From Vermamoeba vermiformis (Eukaryota), in assembly GCA_045837725.1 (NCBI GenBank), contig JBEWZL010000291.1, positions 1-64,000 of the forward strand: a DNA stretch of 64,000 nucleotides, written 5' to 3'. This document shows, one piece after another, positions 25,132-35,756 of the stretch. Within the stretch, counting starts at the first letter, position 1. Every line of letters starts with the position of its first letter. The position numbers and the translations under genes are program-made. The notes below the pieces were generated by a model. It worked only from the letters and a program-made list of their open reading frames with translations, was not told where the DNA came from and did not search any database.

Positions 25132-25727
25132 AGAATCAGCCATACTTGTCGCTTCTTGTTAAGAATTAATAAAAGTAAGTAAGATTAATAAAATTAAGAG
25201 ATTTTTGTCGGGCAATATTATTGGCAATCTACCTTCTTAAAACCCGAATATTATAATTTGGAATAATTGGGCGCTTATAATAATTTAATCAATAAATATT
25301 TATTTTTCCTTTTCTTTTCGAATCAACCTACCACTTCGAACTGGGCAGCTGCTACGCATGCTTGCAAACCTAATTGGACGAATAACTATTTATCATTCTT
25401 CAAATGGGACTTTTGGGTGTCAGTTGTGGTGCTGAATTCGCAATTTTATCAAAGCAACTCAGATGCGATTTTAGAATTGAAGCTCTCTCTCGTGCGATTG
25501 TCCTCAAAACCTTATTCTGTCGTAGAATGCTATCTGTATTGCAGATCAACGCATTATGAATGAATTTGCACGATGAGAGATTGATAAATTGAGTCAACTC
25601 CGTATCCGAACTCGATCTCCATTCTTTCTCGTGCAAAATGCTTTTATCCGCCGCCTCTCGTCATATCATATGATATATCAGTTATTTATGCAATTTGGTC
25701 ATAATCGCACAATGAGGAGGAGCGTCC
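25132..25727 (+). repeat. ~600-bp dispersed direct repeat, copy 1
   Basis: Colinear with 30577-31155; shared blocks include ATTGGCAATCTACCTTCTTA, TTAGAATTGAAGCTCTCTCTCGTGC and ATCCGAACTCGATCTCCATTCTTTCTCGTGCAAA. Confidence 0.95.
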
Positions 25728-25844
25728 AAATTGATCTGGTCGTTAAAAAAAACCGCCATTTCAAAAAAAACAGTCATGACTGTATTTACTATTTATTAAT
25801 ACTATATACTTTTGTTTTCAACATCTCGAACTGCGATTTTGCTT

Positions 25845-28800
25845 TCAGTCCAGACTCCCGTCGGTAGTACTAGCAGATTCAATGAGAGATTCATCCTCAG
25901 CACTCGAGTCTGCGTCTCTATGAGAAGGCCATACAGACAACCAATGATTGTTGTTAACATAGGCCAACACCACAGTCTCGTCGTGCCTTTTTTCGTGAGG
26001 ACTGAACTTGAACGGTAACAATTCACTGAAGTTATTGGCAACGTAGTACTCGAGATCAACCCTTTGAACGAACAATTAAAACCTTTGTGTGCGACAGGGA
26101 CCAAGTCTGACTTACCCAAACATAATGGCAGCAACCATTGCAAACTCGGATCCGCACCAACTTTTCGGCGTTTTATGCTCCGTTGCCCATTTTCTGGCCT
26201 TCTCTTCGTTGTCAAAGTAGGGAGCAAGTTCATCGTACGTAGAAATCAACATCCAGTTCTTCTTCGCAAATTCACAGATCTCTTCTCTAAGATCGTCCTG
26301 GTCTCCGTCAAAGAGCAACATCTCTTTGAGATGATCCAACAAAGCGTACATGAGGCAGTCACCGTCGGCTAGATTATCTTGCACTCGGAGATGTCGTCGT
26401 TTCAACTCTTGCACGGTACTTTCATAGTTGGAAAAGGCTTGAATTGCCGGGGTGACGAACGACGATGAAAGAGTGACGAGATTGCCCAACGACATTTGTG
26501 AGTTGACAGGCTCAACTGAGTCAATCTCCGGAGCACGCTTCATCACCTCCGTTACTATATTGACCGTTAGTAAGTCACTCACATTACCAAATGGTGAACG
26601 TACTTTGACCTTTCTTAAATCTCGTTTTCGGTGACCAAGTGAACAGGTAGTTCTGCAACTGAACGAAGCCACAATCACGAAAAATTTTGGCAACATGTTG
26701 CTCGCGCTTCTTGTAGTGATCGATCCACTTTGCTGCTCGTAGCGTAGTTTTTGGGTTGGCTTTTGAACTACCTTTCTTTGAGCGAACTTCTCCAAGGTTT
26801 GTCGGAATTGTCATTCCGTTCAAAAAGTCATTGGGCGGGCAAAATGACAAGTTGTACAGCGCGTCAGTGCGGTAGATGACAGGTCCTTGAATAGCATAGC
26901 CACCAGGTGGAAGCACGCCCATGTACATCGGCCACTTTTTGAAGTTGTGGCGGTACGTGTCAATGTTGACCTTGCATGAGATAGCCACTAATGATTGAAG
27001 GACTGCTAGTTGATACGCCAACTGCTTGACAACGTCCTCTAATATCGGTAGTTGTGCTTGCGGAAAAGAATCAACGAAGCAGGGTTGTTTCTGCAAAAAG
27101 TGAACTAACGTCTCCAAGTGTGACACTTCCAACTTTCCTTGATCTTTTTCAAGCTTGATATTTTTCAAGAAGGCAAGTGCGGTGATGTATGGCGTGCTGT
27201 CGTCAATGTCCATTCTTCTTACGGCCAACATCAGCAACTTTTCGTTCTCTTTGATGACCTCTAGCGACTTCTGCCACAGCTCGGTTTCAAGTTCAATTAA
27301 GAATGATTGGGTCCACATCAAGGCACGGGCTGGTGTGCATTGACGCAATCGAAGTACCAACAACTTGAACTCCGAGAAGGCTTCAACATTGTCAGGCACT
27401 CGTATGATGTACGGAATCTTGAACTGGGTTGCTATGAGGCGGATGGATTCGAAGTAAATGTCGAGTTCACTGTTGTCAGGCACAACGCTGAAAATGATGT
27501 CTAACTTGCTTGGGAGACACAACTGGGAAACTTTTTCGTAGTGCGCACGATACATGTCAAGCTGTGACTCTTCTACAACGAGTGTGATCAAATGCTCCAT
27601 GTCACCTTCCAAGCACTCAAAGTCAATTCTTTTCTGTCGTACTAGGCACCCGTGCTCATCAAAGGCTTTAGAGGGAATGAATAGGCAAAGCCCTCCCTTG
27701 CCTTGATGATTGCGCATCTTGTTCGCAATGTTCTCGAGCAAGCCTTTGACACGAGGTGACAGCACCATAGTGACTTGCTTTAACTTGACATCTCGCTCGA
27801 AGGTAATCACATCGTTCTCTTTGCTAGTCGTCCTAACTTCTTGGAGCTAAAAGTCAATTAGTAAGGGTTTACAGGGAACATTGTCTACGTACCTGCAGAA
27901 CTTCGCCTTTAAAAGCAGGTGCTTGGCTGGAAGCTTTCTGATAGATCTCGCCAATGATGGAGTCCATGACTGTTTGATGTTCATTTCCAAACAGCCCAGT
28001 AAGCGGATTCTCAGCACTTTGTCGACTGATCTTCTTAGCTACCATATCAAGTCGGTAATTGGCGTTTTGGAACCACTCCAATAGAATCTTTCTCCATTGG
28101 GCAATCAGAGACTTAGTAGTCTCGAGAACACCTTTTGGAAGACTGATCTCTTTGGCCAGTGAGTCGGTGATCTGCTGACACACTTGCCTGAACGTGTCTT
28201 TGCATATTTCAGGAATGCCGTAGCTCTTCACTTTGTCTCGTATCAGTTGCACAAGTCGATCGAGATGCTCAGCGCTTCGTCGTTTGATCCACGAAGAGAT
28301 CAGATCTGTGAGCTTCATATCGGACAGCTCGTTTGAATGGATAGGCACGACACAGCTTTGAGAGTATATGGCGTCCATTTGAGCAATTGAGAATTCGAGT
28401 AAGGGGTTCTCTGTTGCGCCTTTTGTGACACCAAGTTTCTTCATCAGATCTTGCAAGTAACGTTTTAATAGTGTCTCGCCGTGGCCTCTAATCCGTCTTA
28501 GCAATGCCAGTGTCTTTTTCAAGCATAGGTTACTCATGGATTCAATGGCAGTTGCACGAGATTGCTGATCCATCGACACTTTGGAGTAGTAGTTCTGAGC
28601 CAACTTCTCCAGCCTTGAAACCAAGTCCTGAAGTTCAGAATCTATCACAGGATCGAACTCCGCGTTGAGCTTGCCTTCGTACACGTTGACCTTGTCCTTG
28701 ATGCCCTTGGATGCCTTGCCGTCAGTAGTTCCCATGACGTTAATAGCGAACAACAAGCTGCATGCTCCACGAACTATAACACGCACTGAGTTGACACGAA

Positions 28801-30514
28801 CGCCATCGAGAATCTTGGCAAACAGGCTTTTGCGTGCCTCTGCTGATGTAAGCATGGTCTCAGGATGAATGATGATGACACGTGCTGCAATGTCACCAAG
28901 GAGCGAAAGTCGCATGATCGGGTCGTAGTCAGTCAAAAGGTCTGTGTCGTCTGCTGCAGCCATAATCATTTCCATTTGTCTGTCTTCTTCTTCTTGCAGA
29001 GTAAGTTGACTGTCCGCCTTAGTGACCACACCAATCACAGGCAGTCCACGTGCCGGGTTATCAAACACGCCTTGACGCTCCAAGAACTTCAAAGACTCAG
29101 CTGTAAGCAACGTCGATTTGGGCAGCATGATCATGTCAGCGGTGCTAATCTCCTTCTTGACAAGTCCAGCTTGAAAAGACGATGATTCGGCCAAGCCCAT
29201 TGTGTCCACCAGCTCCAACTTCTCGGGCATGTCCCACGGTCCGTGGATCTCCATGTGGTCGATGGCGAGAACGATGTCAGCTGGCACGGAGGCATAGTTG
29301 AAGTATCTGCTCCAGTTACTAACTTCTCCAATTGACTTGAGCCTGCGGACTACGTTTGATTCTCCAAACTTCAACGTGACATTGAGCTGCTCTAAAAACA
29401 GTTCATCGCGTGTCCCACCTCTCTCTTGATAGGTCGCCAAAGGGCAAGTCACAGCAAAGATGGTAAACTCTTGTGAATCACTTCGTTTCAGATGGTAGTT
29501 GAAACATGTTAGCGAAGTCACTTTGTGTTGCACATCGCGATTATCGAGTGGCAGCTTGCCCCAGTCATTGATCCGTTCAGCCCTTGGCAGCAAGGCAATC
29601 TTGTTGGCAGCCACACTTTTGCCGCTTCCAGGCTCGCCGATCAAGCAGATCTTTGGTTCGTGATCTTTCATTTCACGAGCGATCTTGATTAAATCTTTGT
29701 TTCGCTAGCAAAGAAATACATTAATACAATGAATGTTATATACAGTGCCTAATTAAGAGTACTTACACCGTCCAAAAAAGTGCGCTGTGACTGATGCACT
29801 TGCGGTGACTCGATAATTGTTTCACACAATTTGTTGCACTCGTTAACCAAGCCATGAACTTCGTCTGCATTAACGAACACACGGTCGCAAAACTTGAAGT
29901 CCCGTTGAACTTTTTGCTTCTTTTGCGGCGGAGAATCCAATTCTGCATGAATTTCTTGTAAATATTATTTCTAGGCAATTCGCAACTAAAATCTATTTAC
30001 CTTGGTCACTTGAACTTGATCGCCTTTTCTTTTGCTGACTGCCTTCAAAATTCTGAAACGAATCCGGATCAATTTCTTCAAGTACGGCGAGCAGAAACCA
30101 ATTCTTGAATGCAGAATTATGCTTTGATTTAACAATATCAAGCAGCTTGAGCACTCCTTGTACGCTAACAAAGGAGCCCTTGTGGCTTGAGATTTTTGTT
30201 GAGCAATTTGACGGCAGTGCTTGTAGGTGTTGTCGAATATTCTTTAGATCGAGGATCTTCTCGAGATCTGGGACGTAGAAGCCAAGGCATTGACCGCTCC
30301 CCTTAATTTTCAGGAGAGTGTGCTTTGACAGGTTCAACGGCGGCGTGAGTGTTTCTGAAATGAAGTTGGTGACTGTTGTCATCCTCGTGTAAATTCCATA
30401 CGTATTCTTCGCCGCTTTTGTTGCTGATATTTTGAAATCTCGCGCAAATTTGTTCCCGCTCACAATCTTAAGTTGCATCCGAATCACCAAGTTGCTGCAC
30501 TCAATCGAATCCAT
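25845..30514 (-). CDS. Multidomain protein: Bro-N-like, dynamin-like GTPase, GREB1/TAGT-like glycosyltransferase fold, OTU deubiquitinase
   Basis: Six exons splice in frame. Bro-N-like: FYVPDLEKILDLKNIR…FVSVQGVLKLL…AFKNWF…VLEEI. GTPase: GEPGSGKS, LVDTMG, VTKAD. GT-like: LFIPSK…LVVEESQLDMY…IRVPDNVEAF. OTU: DGDCLMYAL…LR…W…NHWLSV. Confidence 0.8.
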
Positions 30515-30576
30515 TTTCAGGTTCAGAAAATTGCTGCAAAATGGATAGTGATTGACATTGGAATTAGGGACAAGAA

Positions 30577-31155
30577 AGAGTCAGCCATAATTGTCACTTC
30601 TAGTTACGAATTAATAAAAGTAATTATGGTTAAGAGATGCGTTATAGTATTATTGGCAATCTACCTTCTTAGAACCCAGATATTATAATTGAAAATAATT
30701 GGGTCTTAATAATAATTTAATCACGAATAAATATTTTTTCCTTCGAATCACCTACCACACTTCGATCTGGGCAGCTCCGATGCATCTTGCAAACCCTGAT
30801 TGGGTACATATATTTAACATTCCTCAAATGGGACATGAGTGCCAGTTGTGGTGCTGAATACGCAAGTTTGTGAAAACGACTTGATGCGGATTTTAGAATT
30901 GAAGCTCTCTCTCGTGCAATTGTCCTCAAAAACGTATAATGATATAGAATGCTATATGTATTGCAGATTCCCGTATTATGAATGAATTTGCACGATGAGG
31001 ATTTGATAAATTGAGTCAACTCAAAATCCGAACTCGATCTCCATTCTTTCTCGTGCAAAGTGCTTTATCCGCTGCTACTCGCCGTATCATATGATAGATT
31101 AACTAATTATGAAATTTGGTCAAAATAGCACGATGAGGAGGCGCATGTCGCGTCC
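30577..31155 (+). repeat. ~600-bp dispersed direct repeat, copy 2
   Basis: Same orientation as 25132-25727; diverged, with substitutions and small indels. Confidence 0.95.
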
Positions 31156-31990
31156 ATCATTTCATCATTTGATCTGATGACTCGACCACAACTGGTTTGA
31201 CAATGCGATAGAATTCATTTTTATTTACTTTTTTATATATTAATGATTGCACTCTGCGTAAAGACGATAAAGACGATAGCTGTTGGAGATGCAAGGCGAG
31301 ATTTAAAAAGCTCAATGTTAAATATGAATTCTAAGCCACCCAAATATAATTATCGTTAAGCAATTAAATATATACCAATATTTCATTCCCTTTTGAGCAG
31401 TGCTGCGCTGCAAGACTGGCCAATGGAAGAAAGATTACCGTATGATTCGTCCGCAATTTTCTAAAATTATAACACTGTCGATTTATTGCATGGTATGGTT
31501 CAAGCATTACCCCGACAAATAATGCCGTAATTTTGAAAATGACTAAAAAATTTCCATCTAGGCGGCGAGATGCCTAGTCTAGGACAACTCTATTCGCAAC
31601 AATAGGGCCAAGTGCTGCAGCAAGATTCAAACGTAAAATGAAGTAAGTACGCGTGCTTTGATCTTTTAAGTTTTTAATCTCGCGGGTCACGGATGGGCTT
31701 CAGCGAGAAAATTCCGCAGTGGAAGCTGTACTTTGCTGTTAACTATGCTTTTCAACCATTAACTTAATGGGTGTATATTTAGATCCAGCTTTTGATTCTT
31801 TCATTTTTCTGGGTCTCGAGATTGAACCAATTCGCCTTGCACGAGCGGAAATTTTGCTTGCACGCCACCGAACGTTTGACGAGATTCCCGTAGCATGCCC
31901 GGGATTTGCCGCCAATAAAAGCTGCTGGTTTGTATCATTAATGATTTAATTTTATTTACGGTAACACAACAGCAGTTCGTCGAAAGCCCA

Positions 31991-33847
31991 ATGGATCGTT
32001 ACGATTACATTATCGTTGGTGCTGGCGCATCTGGCTGTGCACTGGCCGGGACTCTAGCATTGAATTTGAACATTCTCAAAGACTCCAAGATCCTGGTGCT
32101 AGAATCTGGTCGAGATATTACTCAAGAGGACTTAATCAAGATGCACAAAAATTCGGGAAATATTCCTGGATCTGGCCAAGGATTCGAGTGGAAGGATCAA
32201 ACAGTTACTCAATCTAAAGTCAACACTCCAGTTGTTATTTTTCCGCAAGGAAAAGGATTTGGCGGAGGCAGTTCAGTGAACGGCATGCTTTGGGCTCGTG
32301 GCCATCCTGATGACTACAACAGCTGGATCCCGAACGACAAGAAAGATGATCCTCAGTGGAGAAGATGGAGCTCAGAGAACATCACAAATATTTTTGATGC
32401 AATCGAGCCAACGAATATTCCTGTTATCAAAGAGCCCTTTCCAACACAGCAAACTTTAACGCCGGCAGAAGACAAACCTCCATTAATTATTGACGAAGTT
32501 TCAATCGTGGTTCGAAACACTGAATTGCAACAACTACAATACGTCCCTGCAAAGAGCTTCGTTAATGAGGTGTGCACAACAAAACACCCGTTCAAGCAGA
32601 ACTATTTGAGGGATTTGACAGAGTGCGTGTCATATCCGATCTTCAACATTGCAGGCAATCCCGGCGAGCACATCAGATGCGATGCTTATTCGATCTTCTT
32701 GAATGGTTTGGCTCAAGTTATTCACACTCCAAACTCGAACAGCACTACACCGAAGCCGGTTGACAACAAGCCCACTCGTACTGGTCCCATAGTCCATATT
32801 CTCGAGCACGCCTTTGTGTTTGACTTCATTTGTGATGACTTGAAGCGTGACACTGCCGACCAGTTTGACCTGCAGCGCAAAATTACTGGAGTCAAGTTCT
32901 TTGATGAACGATCAAGTAGAGAAGTGTATTTGACTGACAGACCAAACGCACAAGTCATTCTTTGTGCCGGAGCAATTCGCACACCTCAGATATTGTTGCT
33001 TGCTGGTGTTGGCGAAGGCAAGAATATGAAGCTGAATGATTCAGAGGTGCGTCTTAGACTGCCAAAAGTTGGACAGAACCTTCGAGATCACGTTGCAACA
33101 ACAGTTTTGGCAAAAGTCAACACGGCGAAGTGGATCGATTCGAGGATTCCAGAACTATTCACGTACAAGCCTACAATGTTGCATCAATATTTGCAGTCTC
33201 CGATTCGATTGGTCAACACAACAGCTGTCGTGGTGTTTTTTTCACTGAAGAACCAATCTTCCAAGGACAATCGTCCTTCGTTCCAACTTCAATCGAATAC
33301 GGCACAAATCGTTAGCGTACAACCTGGTAAGGACCAACCTGATGTCGGCAATTACTTTGGATTGGCTGTCATCAAACTTCGTCCTGAAAGCAAAGGAAGT
33401 GTTACACTCGAATCCCGGTTTGCACTTGATTCTCCCGCAATCAATCCGAACTACTTGGATAATGAAGACGATTTTAAGGGCCTCTGTGAAGCAACTAAAG
33501 AAGCACTGGAACTCCTGCGACACGAGAATTTCAAAAAGTGGCTCGATGATCCTGAGAACCCCGACATCACTCCTGATAAGGACGAGGACTTAGAGCACTA
33601 CATCCGCTCGAACATTGCATCATACGCACACTTTGTAGGCACGTGTCAGATGGGAGAAGATCCAAAGGACAGCGTCGTTGGACCGAACTTGAAGGTTTGG
33701 GGCTTTGCCAACTTACGCATTGCCGATGCATCGATCATACCTTCTTTGCCTTCAGCGAACACGAATGCAACTGCAATGATGATTGGCATTCAGTGTGCAC
33801 ACTTGATAATTACTGAAGTATGCAGCAAACACGTATCTAAATTGTAG
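31991..33847 (+). CDS. GMC oxidoreductase (choline dehydrogenase/alcohol oxidase-like), intronless, 618 aa
   Basis: YDYIIVGAGASG, GKGFGGGSSVNGMLWARG, VGQNLRDH, HFVGTCQMG, NLRIADASIIP, NTNATAMMIG. Confidence 0.95.
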   Translation: MDRYDYIIVGAGASGCALAGTLALNLNILKDSKILVLESGRDITQEDLIKMHKNSGNIPGSGQGFEWKDQTVTQSKVNTPVVIFPQGKGFGGGSSVNGMLWARGHPDDYNSWIPNDKKDDPQWRRWSSENITNIFDAIEPTNIPVIKEPFPTQQTLTPAEDKPPLIIDEVSIVVRNTELQQLQYVPAKSFVNEVCTTKHPFKQNYLRDLTECVSYPIFNIAGNPGEHIRCDAYSIFLNGLAQVIHTPNSNSTTPKPVDNKPTRTGPIVHILEHAFVFDFICDDLKRDTADQFDLQRKITGVKFFDERSSREVYLTDRPNAQVILCAGAIRTPQILLLAGVGEGKNMKLNDSEVRLRLPKVGQNLRDHVATTVLAKVNTAKWIDSRIPELFTYKPTMLHQYLQSPIRLVNTTAVVVFFSLKNQSSKDNRPSFQLQSNTAQIVSVQPGKDQPDVGNYFGLAVIKLRPESKGSVTLESRFALDSPAINPNYLDNEDDFKGLCEATKEALELLRHENFKKWLDDPENPDITPDKDEDLEHYIRSNIASYAHFVGTCQMGEDPKDSVVGPNLKVWGFANLRIADASIIPSLPSANTNATAMMIGIQCAHLIITEVCSKHVSKL

Positions 33848-33951
33848 TAAAGGAGTGGTAGAATCCAAAATATTGTTAACTCTTGTTTTTGATGGCAATG
33901 CAGTGCTAATTGGCGTAAAAGTTGATTTATGGATGCGGACATTAAATGCCG

Positions 33952-35290
33952 CTACTTGCTTGCACAAACCTGAGTTAAGTCAAAGCAACTAGATAAAGCA
34001 TTGATAGCTGCCTGAGCACAGGATGGTCTACCAGCTTTTTGAACCAACAAGGCCATAAAATTCATAGTGAAGTATGGACGCCCTTGCAATGTCTCAGAAA
34101 TTCTCTCCAATAACAGCTCCAGTTCCTTTTGTTGCTGTGAGTCACTTTGCTTCCAAACTTCATCTAAAGCAAGGTTTTCTTGAAGATATTTCATAACTCC
34201 ATCAGGGCTGAAGACAGGAAACAGATGCAAGTACACAACTGATTTGTCTTTCGCTAGTGGGGATTTCAAGTTCTGAGTGACATTAATTGGTCCATTTCCT
34301 GCTATTATCTTCTTAGTTATATGAAGAGGACAAGAGTACAACACTAATGCACCAAGCAAAGACCGCCTACAAATAATATCAGAAAGTTAAAGAGCTGAGG
34401 TTAAAATTCATTCTTACACGTCATAGTCCAGGGATAGAACTTGATTTGCTGCTACAAACTGGGCGTTATCCACAACTAACCAAACTTTGCAATTATGGAG
34501 GAGTGGTACCAGAAACAGTCTTTGAATGGAGGCTGGGAGATTGTAGTGTTTAAAACAGTCGTTCAGCAGGTATTCTTGAAAGGCTGCTATAATCTTGCTC
34601 CCATCATTTGTAGTCCAGTACATCCAATCACGTGGTGTTAGTGCTTTGTTATGTTCTAAAAGAATCTTTAGAGCAATAGCTTTGGCTAACCAAAACAACG
34701 TGCAACTTTGAATAATGCAGGTGGATTTTTGAACTTTTGACATTTTCTTCTCTAAAATGCCATCAATGTGCAATTGTAGTGAGAGGTAAGGATAATCTAC
34801 CTGAATAAATAATATTTAAGATTGGCTATCAATCGATCAAGTGCTTACAAAGTCAACACTCTGCCTTCCACCGCACTCAGTGTAAAATAGAAAAGCTTTT
34901 TCGCTGAGGTTAAAGATCGCTCCTGTGGCACTTTAAGTTAGTGCTGGATTTATATTAAGTTGGCTACATACCTGTTTTACCAGCTCCTGAAGCTGCTTGT
35001 AGAACGTAACAAAAAACAGTAGAGGTCTCATATTTTTCAACGGCTTCGAACAGTTGTGCCATTGCCTTGTCGGGCATAGTAGTGCCTGCCCAGCGCGGTT
35101 CAAAATAGCTCTCATTTTTAGTCGGATTTGTCGGAAGATTGCGCTTATAAAGAATTCCGAGGTGATTTTTTTGGAAGTCAGCGACCTCTTGGGCAGTTTT
35201 TCGGCGAAGAGTGAAGTCAAACGACGCAAAGAATCTCTGCTTGCAGTCTTTAACTAGTTCCTCCACAGTAAACGGAAAAGGGTCAGATTC
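33952..35290 (-). pseudogene. Truncated Crinkler-effector-type P-loop NTPase
   Basis: Walker A AASGAGKT, Walker B LVVDNAQ, LTPRDW, LQGRPYF. It ends soon after the NTPase with no downstream effector domain, and the 5' end is unclear. Confidence 0.5.
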
Positions 35291-35756
35291 GACATGTAGT
35301 TGCTTCGAGCAAGCGCCTGTAGAGCGCCGTCGGGGTTTTGAACTGTTCCAGCAGATTTGCAGCCTGCATGTAATTGAGTTACTCTGATAGCAAACTCAAA
35401 ATAATAAATTGTGATGAAAGAATACCTTGGTGCAGAAATATTGCGGCTTATCACTCTACTTCGTTCATCGTGTTGCCGGTTATACGCTTGCGAGCAAAGT
35501 CCGATGCAGGTGCGCGTTGGTCTTACTACACGAACCAAGCCTTGTGCGCGGGTGCACTTGATAACGGTAGCAAACATATTCGATCCGTGGGTTACTACGT
35601 CTACAATAGAATAAAATGAGAAAACCTGCAAATTTTACTTCGATACAAATTATCGTCAACTCACCATGCACGTGTATCATACGCCCATAGACGATGAAAC
35701 AACTAATGCCAAATAGCAGGAAAATCCCGAATTCATAAGATTAAGGATCGGTCCGA

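Noticed and set aside
25267-25867. ORFs within the 600-bp direct repeats (also 30717-31058)
   Set aside because: Indels between the copies do not preserve frame and the translations lack motifs, so I treated them as non-coding.
25132-31155. LTR retrotransposon
   Set aside because: No TG…CA ends, primer-binding site or gag/pol. The enclosed gene has introns and no RT or integrase.
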